Assembly (NCBI GenBank): GCA_963845755.1
Contig: CAWJTV010000018.1
Span: forward strand, 32,001 to 96,000
Length of the DNA: 64,000 nt
Direction of reading: 5' to 3'
Source: an uncultured Planctomycetota bacterium
GTDB taxonomy: Bacteria; Planctomycetota; Planctomycetia; Isosphaerales; Isosphaeraceae
Positions 12,486 to 23,606 of the stretch are shown piece by piece; positions within the stretch are counted from its first letter, which is position 1; the number at the start of each line of letters is the position of its first letter. Made by a program: the position numbers and the translations under genes. Under the pieces are notes generated by a model, which saw nothing but the letters and a program-made list of their open reading frames with translations, did no database searches and had not been told where the DNA came from.

Positions 12486-12516
12486 CCGCGGTTCGGCCTC
12501 GGTGCGAGTACGTGGG

Positions 12517-13603
12517 TTAACGAGTTCCGCGAGTCTCGGGGGACACTGCCAGCGGCTCCGCGGACGTTCGGATCGTGGCCTCGACCTCCATATTCACGTA
12601 GCGCGCCGCCGAGCCGGCGTCATCGAGCTGGATCGTGACCTCGACCACGCGCAGGTCGCGCAAGGCCCGCGGGTCCACGCTGGTCAGCCGGTTCTTGCCG
12701 ACCATCGAGCCAATCCGCGTGACCTTTCCCTTGACGAGCGTGCCGAGGATGTTCACTTCCGCCGAGTCGCCCAGGTGGATCCGCGGCACGTCGCTCTGGT
12801 AGACCTCGGCCGTCGCGACCATTGAGGATACGTCCCCCATCTCCAGCAAGGTGCCGGCACTGAGCTCTCCGGGGTGGATCAACATATGGAGCACGCGTCC
12901 GCGCGTGGACGCGTGGACCTCTGTTTCCTTCAGTGCGGCTTCGGCGAGCGCGATCTGGGCGTCGAGGATCTCGTCCTCGGGGCCGCGGTCGCCCGCCGCG
13001 CCGCTCGGCTGGGCACTCTTGCGGGCTTCGGCTCCCTTCCCGGCCTCCAGCAACTGGAGGTCGAGATCGGCCTTGAGGGACTGCATCTCAACCTGGTAGA
13101 GCGCCAGCTCCGCGTCGTAGCGGTCCTTGCCCTTGAGCGTCCCGCTGAATTGCTTGTAGAGCCCGCGCGCTTCGTCCAGGCGGGCTTTCGAAGTCTTGGC
13201 CGCCTCGCGAGCCGCGGCCAGGCGTGCGCTCCGCTGGCGGTCGGCGAGCGTCTTGCGGGCGATCGCCAGCGTGCGCTGGTGCTCGGCCGCATCATGACCC
13301 TCCAGGATGGCGAGTATCGCCCCTGGGGAAACGGGTTCGTCTTCCTTGACCGGGATCGCCTCGACGCGCATTCCGGGGCGGACTCCCACGGAGATCAATC
13401 CGCCCGCCGGTTCCAGCCGTGCGAGGGCGACCACCGCGGAGCGGCCCGATCCCTGGCCCGTCCGCCTCTCCTGCGCCGAGGCGGGATCGATCGGCCGCAG
13501 GATCCAGCCGCAGGCTCAGGAACACGGCGGCCGAGACCGCAGAGAGTCCGACAAGCCGCCACACCCGGCGAACCGCGATGAGTGGAATTCCCGGGCGATT
13601 CAT
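12517..13603 (-). CDS. devB: DevB/HlyD-family membrane fusion protein, frameshifted
   Basis: VALARLEPAGG, AEVYQSDVPRIHLG, RVVEVTIQLD, NMEVEATI. Confidence 0.75.
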
Positions 13604-13618
13604 GGACGGCGATCCTCT

Positions 13619-13706
13619 CGGCAGTAGGCAGGAGACGACGGCAACACGAGAGCGCTTCTATTCTCTGGTCTTCACTGCCTACTGCCTACTGCCTACCGCC
13701 GACTGC
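13619..13706. repeat. Heptamer (ACTGCCT)n array with an inverted partner
   Basis: ACTGCCT-ACTGCCT-ACTGCCT-ACCGCCG-ACTGC at about 13674-13706, complementary to CGGCAGTAGGCAG at 13619-13632. Confidence 0.6.
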
Positions 13707-13718
13707 GTCGAAGGCGGA

Positions 13719-14480
13719 TCAACCGACCTTCGCCAGGGCCGGCATGCTGCGCGACGACGTCGCGGCGGCGACGAACGCCTCGATCAGTTGCATGTCCAGC
13801 GAGATGTTCCCCTCGTTCTCGGGGTGCCATTGCACGCCGGTGACCCACCAGGACGGATCCTTCCCTTCGAAGGCTTCGATGAGTCCATCAGGAGCCAGCG
13901 CCGCTACGCGGAAGTTCGGCGCCAGTTTGCGGACCCCCTGGTGATGGTAGCTGTTGACGCGAATCTCGCCCGGTCCGTAGATGTCTTCGAGCCGGGTCTT
14001 GGGTTGCATGACAACGGTGTGGCGATGCGCGCCGCCGTGCAAGTCGCGATGAGGGATGCCCTTGGGCATGTCCTCGGGCAGGTGGAGGAACAACCCGCCA
14101 CCGGCGACCACGTTCAACTCCTGCATGCCCAGGCCGATGCCCAGCACGGGCATCCGGCGCTGTTGCACGACCTTGCAGAGCAGGCGATCCGCCAGCTCGC
14201 GACGCTCGGTCACCATCGTGACGGCCGGATGAGGCGCCAACCCCATCTTGCGCGGATCCAGGTCGTCGCCTCCCGTCAGCATCACGCCGTCCACCCGATC
14301 GAGGATCGGTATGAGATCGGCCTCCTTCGTGAACGGGGGAATGACGATCGGCAGCGCATTGGCGGCCAGCAGGCACTCGAAATAGCCGCTGTGGATGAAG
14401 CTGTGAGGTGTGCGGCCCTTCGCCGAAGCGCGATAGTCCGTGTTGATTCCGATGAGCGGACGGTATTTCATAGCAGCCAT
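13719..14480 (-). CDS. Peptidase C26 / PuuD-like class I glutamine amidotransferase with the nucleophile Cys replaced by Gly
   Basis: RPLIGIN, DGVMLTGGDDLDP, LGIGLGMQELNV, VNSYHHQGV, GVQWHPE. Confidence 0.85.
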   Translation of the reverse strand: MAAMKYRPLIGINTDYRASAKGRTPHSFIHSGYFECLLAANALPIVIPPFTKEADLIPILDRVDGVMLTGGDDLDPRKMGLAPHPAVTMVTERRELADRLLCKVVQQRRMPVLGIGLGMQELNVVAGGGLFLHLPEDMPKGIPHRDLHGGAHRHTVVMQPKTRLEDIYGPGEIRVNSYHHQGVRKLAPNFRVAALAPDGLIEAFEGKDPSWWVTGVQWHPENEGNISLDMQLIEAFVAAATSSRSMPALAKVG

Positions 14481-15023
14481 CCCTTCCTTGAAATGGTCTC
14501 GGCGAAATCCGTTCTCGGCACGCCGCCATCATCTGCGGCCCGGTCCCGTTCGAGGCGGAAAAAACCCGGCCCGAAGAACTTCCTGAGATCGAACACGTCA
14601 ACAAATTTGAGATTTTTGATGACGGTCTTCCGCGGCGTACCTTCCTGGTGTCCCCTCGGTCGCCGAGGGGAGCGGTCCTCCGATCATTCCTCCTTTTTCT
14701 TGTGATGTGAATCGTTGTGGAGAAGCCAACCTGACTGATCCTTCAATCGCCTCGCCTTTGGGTTGGGCTGAGGTACGTAGAGTCTACCGATCCGACTCGG
14801 CGGAATTCAAGAAAAATCCCGCGAATCGGCCGGTTTTTTCGCCGGTTTTTTCGTTTCGATCAATCGGGAAGCGAAGTAATCGCTGGCGAGACGAACCTGG
14901 CGGGAGGATGTATCCGCCTGACCACCGATGGGGTCGCCGGCCGCATCAGTGTGTGCGCAAGACGCGCAATGGCTTGCGCAGTCGAAGCGGAGAGCGGTCC
15001 GCCTTCGAGGTCGTCTCGCGTCC

Positions 15024-16848
15024 TCACGGCGACTTCGCCGGAGCGGCGGGCTGGTCCGCTGAGGACTTCGCGACGACGGGGCTCGGGCCGGGCTTGACGT
15101 AGTCCCCTTTCAGATATCGTATCATCATGTCCACGTCATTGGATGTGAGCTGCTCCGGACCGAAGGCGGGCATCTTCTGGTCCTCTTCCAGGAAGCCGTA
15201 TCGGTCGGCGGCGTTGGGCTTGCGGATCATGCGAGCGATCCACTGGGGAGAGCCCCAGGCGAAGAGGTCGGGGGCATCGCGCAGACCCCCCTTGCTGAGC
15301 GCCGCGAGGACGTGACACTCACCGCACTCGCCACCAGTACGAAAGAGCTTGAGAGCCGGATGGCCGGAGACCTCAGGGCTCTTGAGCCACTCGCTGGGGG
15401 TCGTGTCCGGAGGGATCCGGGCGAACGAGGCGACGAATTCGGCGATCTCATCAAGTTGTGCACCCTTGAGCTTGGAGCTTTCCTTCCACTGGGCCATCCC
15501 GTCGCACTGAGGGACTTTGCCGAAGTAGCCCGGCGCCTGCGGATTCTCGAGGAAGCCGCGGATCCAGGTCCGGGAGCCGAATCCCGCCAGGTCGGGCGCC
15601 GTCTGCGTCCCCGATCCGATGCCGCCGTTGACGTGGCAGCCGAGGCATCGCCGCTCCAGGACGGCGCGCCCATGGGTCGCCGGGTCGCGACGAGGAGGTA
15701 CGCCGCGCCATCCGGCGGGATGCCAACCTCGGAGCCGGCCAGCTCAAGCGCCCGCTCGCGCGCGGCATCGGCTTTCTTCCGGGCCTCCTGGAAGAGCGGG
15801 TTGCGGTAGTCATCCCACAACGCCTGCACGGTCAGGAACCCGGCGCCCCCCGCGAGTACGAACACGAATCCGCAGGCCAGGAAGTGGGCGAGCTTGCGCG
15901 GCAGGACCCGATCGAGCAACGGCAGGATCAGCATGACGAGCAGGAGTGACGAGGGGATCACGATCGTGCCGATCACCTCGCGTTTGCCGGGGAAGTACTT
16001 GAGCATCTGGAACAGCGACAGGTAGTACCACTCCGGACGTGCCGGGTACTCGGCACTCGAGGGATCCGCCGGCGCGTCCAGGCTGGCGCCTCCCTCGAAC
16101 AGGACCACTCCTACCACGACGCCGAGCACGAGCACGCCGAAGACCACGTTCCGGAACACCTGCTCGGGCCAGTACGGGGTGGCCGGCAGCGTCTCGGCAC
16201 CGGCGGGCGGCGTCAAGCGGTGTCGATGGGACAGGACGATATGGACCACAAGGAAGGTCACCAGGAGCGCCGGCAACACCGCGACGTGCAGGGCGTAGAA
16301 CCGCGTGAGCGTCTGGTTACCGAACTCGCTGCCGCCCACCACGATCTTCTGGAGGTACGGGCCGACCACCGGGGTCCCGCCGATGATGCTGGTCACGACC
16401 TTGGTCGACCAGTAGCCTTTCTGGTCCCAGGGGAGCTGGTAGCCGGTGTGGCCGAATCCGATCGTGAGGAGCAGCAGGGCCACCCCGAACCACCAGTTGA
16501 ACTCGCGCGGTCGACGATAGGCCCCCGCCCAGACCACCTGGAGCAAGTGCAGACCGAGCAGCACCATCATCGCCTGGGCCGAGAAGTGGTGGAGGCCGCG
16601 GATGAACCAGCCGTACCAGACGTCGTGGCTGATGTAGAAGACGCTCGCCCAGGCCATCGTGGACGACGGGCTGTACGAGGCCATCAGCAGGATCCCGGTG
16701 AACGCCTGGACAAGAAACACCATGGTCAAGGCCGAGCCGAAGACGTACCTCCAGGCGCGCCCCCCGGGATCGAGTCATCGAGAGCCGCGCGCGTGAGCGT
16801 ACGGAACCCCGTCCGGTCGTCGAGCCAGTCGGCCAGTTGCTTAAACAA
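15024..16848 (-). CDS. Cytochrome b fused to a di-haem cytochrome c (bc-type complex), frameshifts near 15690 and 16755
   Basis: IRGLHHFSA, LHLLQV, LPWDQKGYW, RFYALHV, PARPEWY, then CLGCH and CGECH. TTG start overlaps the Rieske stop. Confidence 0.85.
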
Positions 16849-17425
16849 GGGGGATCTTCTCCTCGCTCACGGTGCGGAAACGCTGGAACTTCACGCGGAC
16901 CTCCGGGTCATCGCCCGGCGTGATCTCGACGTCGAGCCGATCCATGGCACGGGGCGGCACCTGGTTTTTCGGCTTCCCGGTCAGGTCGAACGCGCTGGTG
17001 TGGCAAGGGCAGAGGAACCCTTTCCCGTCGGCCGACAGGTTGACGGGGCACCCCAGGTGGGGGCACTCCGACGTCAAGGCGAGCACCGGTGGATCGGCGC
17101 CTTCCGACTGTCGGATCAGCCAGACCGAGCCAACGGGCTCGCGGGGATACTTGACCCAGGCATCCTGCCGCTCATCGATGATCGCGAACGATCGTGGGAC
17201 GCCGACTTCCAGTTCCTTCAAGTGGGTGAGCGGGCGATATTCCCCTTCCCGGGCCCGCTTCCGCAAGGGTGAGAGGACATACGCCGCGCCCGGTACGGCC
17301 AGGATGAGGCCGAACAGGCTGCCGAGGGCGACGGTGAGGCCGCCGAGAAATCCTCGTCGCGACGTTGGAGAACCGCGATCGGCCGGCTTCTCGGCCGTGG
17401 AGACTCTGACCGACGCTTCATCCAT
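16841..17425 (-). CDS. Rieske iron-sulfur subunit with Tat signal
   Basis: SRRGFL, CPHLGC and CPCH. Confidence 0.92.
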   Translation of the reverse strand: MDEASVRVSTAEKPADRGSPTSRRGFLGGLTVALGSLFGLILAVPGAAYVLSPLRKRAREGEYRPLTHLKELEVGVPRSFAIIDERQDAWVKYPREPVGSVWLIRQSEGADPPVLALTSECPHLGCPVNLSADGKGFLCPCHTSAFDLTGKPKNQVPPRAMDRLDVEITPGDDPEVRVKFQRFRTVSEEKIPLV

Positions 17426-17998
17426 TTCAGAAACTTCCTCGCTGTTCGTCGGCTTGGCCGGTGACCCCGATCGCCCGAGAGGCGAGCATACCTATCTGGT
17501 CGGCGTCCTGCGAATGGTGCAAGACGAACCAGGGAACGCCGGTTTCTCATGCGACCTTGACGTCAGGTAGATGTCGCTGGGTCGGGGTCGAACTCCAATG
17601 ATCTCTTGGTAGTTAGAGCCGGCTCGGTCGATGTTGGTTCTGTCTGAGGCGGGTAACGGGCGGTGAGACTGCGATGTCCCCATATAGTCTAGGTAAACCG
17701 ACGAATCGGCTCAAGAGTCTGACCGCCCGTCCCGATTACGGAACGTCGGAACAGCAGTCTGCGGCGCCGCTTCGGATACCCGGAGGCCTGCGCCGAACCG
17801 TCGGCCGCCGCCCACCGGGAATCAGGAAAGTCTTCCCGGCCCCATTCTTGGGATGGCTCGGAAGCAACAATTTCTGGGGGATCGAGCCCTGAACGGGGAA
17901 CCTCCTCAGAAAGTTGGACAACCCGCCCCTTGGCTGCTTTACTGGGGAAGAGTCGGTTCGCTACGGGAGTGCCGGATCCGGCATTGATGGGGGCTCGA

Positions 17999-19051
17999 AT
18001 GATGAAGATGCGACTCATCCGTCGAAGCCCGTCGTACCTGTTCCCCATGGTCCTGATTACCATGTTTTCCCCGGCCACTCCGGCCGAAACGTTTCCCTGG
18101 CGAGTCTACGCGAACAAGCCGGACGACTGGTACCGCGGCAACGACGGATCGCGAATCGCGGACAATGTCCTCTCTTACCAGTCGGAACACGGGGACTGGC
18201 CCAAGAACATCGATACATCGAAGATGCCCTATCGCGGCGACCGTGCCCGACTTCAGGGGACCTTCGATAACGGAGCGACGATCGGCGAGATCCGATTCCT
18301 GGCGAGGGCCTACGTCGCGACCGATCGCGCGCGATATCGCGACGCGTTTTCCAAAGCCCTCGATCATGTCCTGTCCGCCCAGTATCCGAGCGGGGGCTGG
18401 CCTCAGACCTTTCCGCCGGGAAAGGGGTATGCCCGGCATATCACCTTCAATGACAACACGATGGTAAACATCCTCGAGTTGTTGCGCGACGTCTCGCAGG
18501 CGAAGGTCTTCCCATTCGTAGACGAACCTCGGCGTTCCGCCTGCGGACGGGCGTTCGAGGCGGGGATCCGCTGCATCCTCCGGTGCCAGGTCCGAGTCGG
18601 CGGGCGACCGACGGTCTGGTGTGCGCAGCACGATGAGAAGACCCTGGGACCGCGCGGAGCCCGGACCTACGAGTTGCCGTCGCTGAGCGGCATGGAGAGC
18701 GCGGGTATCCTGCTGCTGTTGATGAGCCTGGAGGACCCGAGTCCGGACGTTGTCCAGGCGGTCCACGCGGGTGCCCGCTGGTTCGAGTCCTCGAAGCTCA
18801 CGGGAATCCGGCAGCGGATCGTCAACGGCAACAAGGTGATCGTGCCGGACCCCAACGCCCCTCCGCTCTGGGCGCGGTTCTACGAGATCGAGACCAGTCG
18901 CCCGTTCTTCTGCGGCCGGGACGGCGTGAAAAAGTACGACCTGGCCGAGATCGAAGCCGAACGGCGGAACGGGTACGCGTGGTACGGCCTGTGGGGAATC
19001 CGCGTGGCCGACCAGTATGCCCGATGGAAGGAGCGCACGAGCCGCCATTGA
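17999..19051 (+). CDS. pelA: Pectate lyase, PL10 (PelA/Pel10A family); start uncertain
   Basis: GDWPKN, TFDNGAT, AQYPSGGWPQ, HITFND, VWCAQHD, ARTYEL, ERRNGYAWY. Confidence 0.9.
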   Translation: MMKMRLIRRSPSYLFPMVLITMFSPATPAETFPWRVYANKPDDWYRGNDGSRIADNVLSYQSEHGDWPKNIDTSKMPYRGDRARLQGTFDNGATIGEIRFLARAYVATDRARYRDAFSKALDHVLSAQYPSGGWPQTFPPGKGYARHITFNDNTMVNILELLRDVSQAKVFPFVDEPRRSACGRAFEAGIRCILRCQVRVGGRPTVWCAQHDEKTLGPRGARTYELPSLSGMESAGILLLLMSLEDPSPDVVQAVHAGARWFESSKLTGIRQRIVNGNKVIVPDPNAPPLWARFYEIETSRPFFCGRDGVKKYDLAEIEAERRNGYAWYGLWGIRVADQYARWKERTSRH

Positions 19052-19066
19052 TGGAGCCAAACGGGA

Positions 19067-20071
19067 TCATCCGAGAGCCTGGCCTGGCATCAGAACCTGT
19101 CGGACCGCCTGAAGGACCCGCGCGACGACGTCGGGCACGGGTCCGAAGATCGTGGCACCGGCGGCGGCCCGATGTCCGCCGCCGCCGAACTGGCCGGCCA
19201 GAGCCGAGCAATCCAGGCCGTTGCGAGCGCGGAAGGAGACCTTGACGCCCCCGCGCATCTGTTCGATGAAGAGCAGGCCGACGTCGACGCCGCGCAGGCT
19301 GACCGTGAAATCGATGAGGTCTTCGGAGTCCTGGGGAATCGCCCCGGTGCGCAACAGGTCGTCGCGCATGATGGTCGCATACGCAACGCGCCCATCCACG
19401 TCGGTCTTCATGCCGGCGAGGGTCTCGCCGATCAGCTTGAGCCGTCCGAAGGTATTCCGCTCGAAGAGTTGCCGGTAGATGGTATCGATCGGCGCACCGG
19501 CCTCGATCAACTCGGCGGCCGCTCGCAAGGTGCCAGGCTTCGTGTTCGAGTGCCGGAACCAGCCGGTGTCCATGGCAATCGCCGTCAGCAGGCCGGTGGC
19601 CACTTCGGGCGTGACCGTACCTCTCAGGGCGCGGATGGCCTGGAGGACCAGGCTCCCGGTCGCCTCCGCCGACGTATCTTTGAAGAAGACGGCTCCCAGG
19701 TCGTCCTGGCTGACATGATGGTCGATGACCACCTTCGTGCCCGCAAAATCACGGATGGCCCCGGCCATGTCGCCGAGCTGGTTCCACGCGGACAGGTCCA
19801 GGATGACCACGACCTCGCGATCGATCAACGCCTCGGGTCCAGCGGCGGTCCCGAAGTGCTCGAAGAGCGTATTGTCCGGATCGAGGAAGTCATAGCGCGG
19901 GGGCGTCGGGCTGGCGTTGACCACGCGCACGTCCTTGCCCTTCTGACGGAGCAGGCCGGCCATGCCGACCTCCGACCCCAGGGCATCGCCGTCGGGCCGA
20001 ACGTGCGTCGTGACCAGGAAGCGGTCGTGGGTCTCGATCAGGTCGGCCAGCGGAGTCCAGTCGATGCTCAT
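19067..20071 (-). CDS. nrnA: DHH/DHHA1 oligoribonuclease / pAp phosphatase
   Basis: THVRPDGDALGS, IDHH, DTGWF, GGGGHRAAAG. Confidence 0.9.
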   Translation of the reverse strand: MSIDWTPLADLIETHDRFLVTTHVRPDGDALGSEVGMAGLLRQKGKDVRVVNASPTPPRYDFLDPDNTLFEHFGTAAGPEALIDREVVVILDLSAWNQLGDMAGAIRDFAGTKVVIDHHVSQDDLGAVFFKDTSAEATGSLVLQAIRALRGTVTPEVATGLLTAIAMDTGWFRHSNTKPGTLRAAAELIEAGAPIDTIYRQLFERNTFGRLKLIGETLAGMKTDVDGRVAYATIMRDDLLRTGAIPQDSEDLIDFTVSLRGVDVGLLFIEQMRGGVKVSFRARNGLDCSALAGQFGGGGHRAAAGATIFGPVPDVVARVLQAVRQVLMPGQALG

Positions 20072-20480
20072 CTTGGTCCTTGGGGCAGGAAAACCTGGGA
20101 TCCTCGAATCCTTTTCAGCTTAGCGGGCGTTGATCGAGATTGGCAATCGGTCCTCCATCCACGGATCACCCTGGCCGGCCTCCTGAGAGACTCAGCGTTC
20201 GATGTAGCACGGTTGATTGTTACGATAACGGCGATGACCGTCGGAGCGGGCGAGTGGGTCAGCAATTCAACTCGATTCCGTACCGCCTCACGGAAATGGG
20301 GATGGCGAGGCTCTGTCCGAGCCTTTTCCCAATGCGGACCCGCACGGAGGCTCGGCCTTTCGAGGGGATTCCGAGCCTTTTCTCAGGGGAGCGCTACTCT
20401 GCAATCCCTATTGCGCGATGTCCAGGCCCTTGCTGCGAGGCTGAACTTGTCCCTGGAACTCGTCTCGGGCGTTCGCGAGA

Positions 20481-20843
20481 TCAATGCCGCAGTTGTACCG
20501 GCACCTGGTTGATCTTGGCCGCGAGGATGAAGTCATTCTCGGTCAGTCCGTTGACGGCATGGGTCCACAGGGCGATGGTCACATTTCGGTAACCTTCCAG
20601 ATGAATGTCGGGGTGGTGGTCTTCCTCCTCGGCCAGGCCAGCGACCTTGTTGAAGAAGTCGATGCCGGCCATGAAGTCCTTCACGGTCCAGGATCGGCGG
20701 ATTCGCTTGCCATCCGGGTCGAGCGTCCAGCCCTCGACGTTGCGGACCATCGCCTCGGCCTGCTCGCGAGAGAGCCGCGGCACGCCTCCCTCGCAGGGGA
20801 CGCATCGCTTTTGAGTCAATTCTTTCTGGGTCGGAACGTTCAT
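20481..20843 (-). CDS. phhB: Pterin-4a-carbinolamine dehydratase
   Basis: CVPCEGG, AEEEDHHPDI, WTHAVNGLTENDFILAAKI. Confidence 0.92.
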   Translation of the reverse strand: MNVPTQKELTQKRCVPCEGGVPRLSREQAEAMVRNVEGWTLDPDGKRIRRSWTVKDFMAGIDFFNKVAGLAEEEDHHPDIHLEGYRNVTIALWTHAVNGLTENDFILAAKINQVPVQLRH

Positions 20844-20907
20844 CGGCGTGTCCTTCTCCCCTCATCATGACGATGTTGGGGGTTCGCGTGCCGCGGCAAG
20901 GCCGCGA

Positions 20908-20972
20908 CGAGATTCGAGATTCGAGATTCCCGATTCCGGATTCAAATCTCGTTCCGGAAACGGGGATTCCAG
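20908..20972. repeat. Heptamer (GAGATTC/CCGATTC)n intergenic array
   Basis: gagattc-gagattc-gagattc-ccgattc-cggattc. Confidence 0.6.
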
Positions 20973-21011
20973 GAGCTGCGCGGACTGAGCCCCGACCCTG
21001 CATCTGACAGG

Positions 21012-21812
21012 CTATCGGAAGCTCTCGACCTCTCCCGGAAAGCGTCCCTCGGTGACGTCGGCGACGTAAGCCGCGACGGCGGCGCGGATCTGCTGGCCGA
21101 GCTCGGCGTAATGGCGGACAAACTTGGGCCGGAACTGCTCGATCAGGCCCAGCATGTCGTGGACGACCAGGACCTGGCCGTCGCATTGCGGCCCGGCACC
21201 GATGCCGATGGTGGGGATGGGAAGCTCCTCGGTGATCCGGGCGGCGAGACTCGAGGGGATGCACTCCAGGACGACGGCAAACGCCCCGGCGGCGGCGACG
21301 GCCTGGGCGTCGGCCAGGATCTCGTCGGTCGAGCGCTGGACTTTGTTTCCGCCCAGCCTGCGGATCGTCTGCGGTTGGAGTCCGACATGCCCCATCACGG
21401 GAATTCCGGCATCGACCAGGGCGGAGATGGTCGCCGCCATCTTGCGGCCCCCCTCCAGCTTGACGGCCTGGCAATTCGTCTCCTTGAGGAGCCGACCGGC
21501 CGAGCGGAGTGCCTGTCGCGGCGAGACCTGGTAGCTCAGGAACGGCAGGTCGGAGACGACCAGGGCGCACTGCGCCGCCCGGGCGACCATCTCCGCGTGA
21601 TAGATGACCTGGTCGAGCGTGACGCGGAGCGTCGTCTCCCAGCCCTGAATCACGGTCCCCAGCGAGTCGCCGACCAGGAGGCAATCGACGCCGGCTCCAT
21701 CCAGCAGCCGGGCCGTGGGGAAATCGTAGGCCGTCAGGACGCTGATCCTGCGACGGCGTGACTTCCACACCGCGAAATCGGGGATGATCACCGGCCGGGC
21801 GTCAGTTGGCAT
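21012..21812 (-). CDS. panB: 3-methyl-2-oxobutanoate hydroxymethyltransferase
   Basis: LTAYD, LVGDSLG, SDLPFLSY, VKLEGG, GHVGLQPQ, IGIGAG..CDGQVLV. Confidence 0.95.
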   Translation of the reverse strand: MPTDARPVIIPDFAVWKSRRRRISVLTAYDFPTARLLDGAGVDCLLVGDSLGTVIQGWETTLRVTLDQVIYHAEMVARAAQCALVVSDLPFLSYQVSPRQALRSAGRLLKETNCQAVKLEGGRKMAATISALVDAGIPVMGHVGLQPQTIRRLGGNKVQRSTDEILADAQAVAAAGAFAVVLECIPSSLAARITEELPIPTIGIGAGPQCDGQVLVVHDMLGLIEQFRPKFVRHYAELGQQIRAAVAAYVADVTEGRFPGEVESFR

Positions 21813-23319
21813 GCGGATTCATCTCGGCAACGACCAGGTCAACGACGATGACCTCGGGACGATCCACAATGACCTTGTATCGTCGCCGCACTCCATCGTG
21901 CAAGGCCATTCGTCGCGGGTCGGCTTGACAGTCGCCCAGATCGGCGAAGTAACGGGCACCCCGTCGTCGGTAGTATTCGACCAGTTCAAGGGGGTTCTGG
22001 ACCTCTCCCTCAGCCCCCCATTCCCCGGCGGCTCTCCGCGCCGCGGACGGCGTCCATTCCAGCCGGCAGCCGCGGCGGTCGGCCTGGAACAGCAGCGCCT
22101 CCGGCGCGATGACCCAGGCGTCGGCGGGGGTCGTTGTCCCGACGGCCCGGGACGCCGCGATCAGGTCTCGCCACTCGTCCGGCATCCGCCACGTCAACCG
22201 GGTCTGGAGCAGGCAAAGCACGATCAACACCGCGAGGGCCCCGAAGCCGCGTGCCCGTCCCGCGCGGGCCAGATCGTCGAGCGCGTAGCCGATTCCGGCC
22301 GCCGCCACCGGCGCCAGGATCAGGAAGTAGTACTCGTGATGGAGCTTCCGGGCCAGCATGGCCAGGACGACCGAAGCCGAGAGTCCCCAGATCCACCAGA
22401 GCCGGCGGTCATCCGCTGCGACGGACCGGCGCCCGAGCAGCCCCACGATGGCCAGCCCGGCTCCCAACGGCGTGAACGCCCGGACGAACAGGAACCGGAC
22501 GATCCACTCCCAGGTCTCGCGCCGGATCAGTGCGGAAGGCCCGACGAGTCCCATCCAGATGGCACGGTTGTCGGCCGAGGCCCGGGAGCCGCTCCCCCCA
22601 CCGACCAGGTGATCGGCCCAGAAGTACCACGCGAGTGCCGGCAGGAGCGTCGTGCACGCCGCCAGGATTCGGGCGATCCGTCTCCTGCGGGGAAGTGTCA
22701 AGCTCAAGGGGATCAGCAGGAACACGGCGATGATCTTGATCGCGAACCCCAGCGCCAGGAGCAGCCAGCCGGCAGCGAGCCAGTATCGGCGCCCTCCGGA
22801 CTCCCAGCGATCCCAGCAGGCCAGGCCCGCCACGGTGGCACCCAGCATAACCGCGTCGGGCTGGAAGGCGCGGCCATATCGGATCGTCAGCGGGAGGAAC
22901 GCGAAGGTGCCGACGGCCAGGAGCGCCGCGCGACGGGAGCTGCGTCGCCGCAACAACTCGAAGAGCCCCCAGCCCGCGGCCGTCATTGCCGCCGCCGAAA
23001 GGACCCGCCCGGCTTCCTCCAGCGTCAAACCGGAGAGCCGCCTCAGCGACACGACACCGAATTCATACAACGGCGGCTCGACGAGGAAGTAGTTCGGGAA
23101 TGGCGCCGTGTCAACCTGCGGCCGGAGGAAACCCGATCCCCGCTCGAGATTGCGCGCCGCCATGGCCGTCGGGATTTGCCGTCCCACGTAATTCTCGACG
23201 ATCGGCTGGTCGATCCGGGCCAACCGGATCAGGAACATGACCCCGAGAAGAAGGCCCGGCAACCATCCGCCTCCACGCGGGGCCGGCGCGGGCGAAAAGC
23301 CGGCATTCCTGGCATCCAT
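21802..23319 (-). CDS. ArnT/PMT-like integral membrane glycosyltransferase (GT-C)
   Basis: RQIPTAMAARN, EPPLY, GRAFQPD, HEYY and multiple transmembrane helices. Confidence 0.75.
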   Translation of the reverse strand: MDARNAGFSPAPAPRGGGWLPGLLLGVMFLIRLARIDQPIVENYVGRQIPTAMAARNLERGSGFLRPQVDTAPFPNYFLVEPPLYEFGVVSLRRLSGLTLEEAGRVLSAAAMTAAGWGLFELLRRRSSRRAALLAVGTFAFLPLTIRYGRAFQPDAVMLGATVAGLACWDRWESGGRRYWLAAGWLLLALGFAIKIIAVFLLIPLSLTLPRRRRIARILAACTTLLPALAWYFWADHLVGGGSGSRASADNRAIWMGLVGPSALIRRETWEWIVRFLFVRAFTPLGAGLAIVGLLGRRSVAADDRRLWWIWGLSASVVLAMLARKLHHEYYFLILAPVAAAGIGYALDDLARAGRARGFGALAVLIVLCLLQTRLTWRMPDEWRDLIAASRAVGTTTPADAWVIAPEALLFQADRRGCRLEWTPSAARRAAGEWGAEGEVQNPLELVEYYRRRGARYFADLGDCQADPRRMALHDGVRRRYKVIVDRPEVIVVDLVVAEMNPHAN

Positions 23320-23606
23320 TCCACGTTCCTCCGTTTCCTCGCCTCGAGCGACTCAACCCTGATTTCAGGGGCCGCCTCTCCTGTTCCGTCCCGCAACGAA
23401 TTCCTTCGTGATTTTGATGCGCGACCCATTTCAAGAGCCGTCACTGTTGCAATTCGCGGGATTGCCGAAAAACCATTTGCAATAGCCGCGGAATGGTGAC
23501 AGGATGAAGGCACGTCTCATTTCGCAAACCTCAGATCCAGAGCGTCGGTCGGTGGACTCTCGGAGCCGTTGGCTACGCTCGATTCTTGCCTGTGAGGGAG
23601 AGTCCC

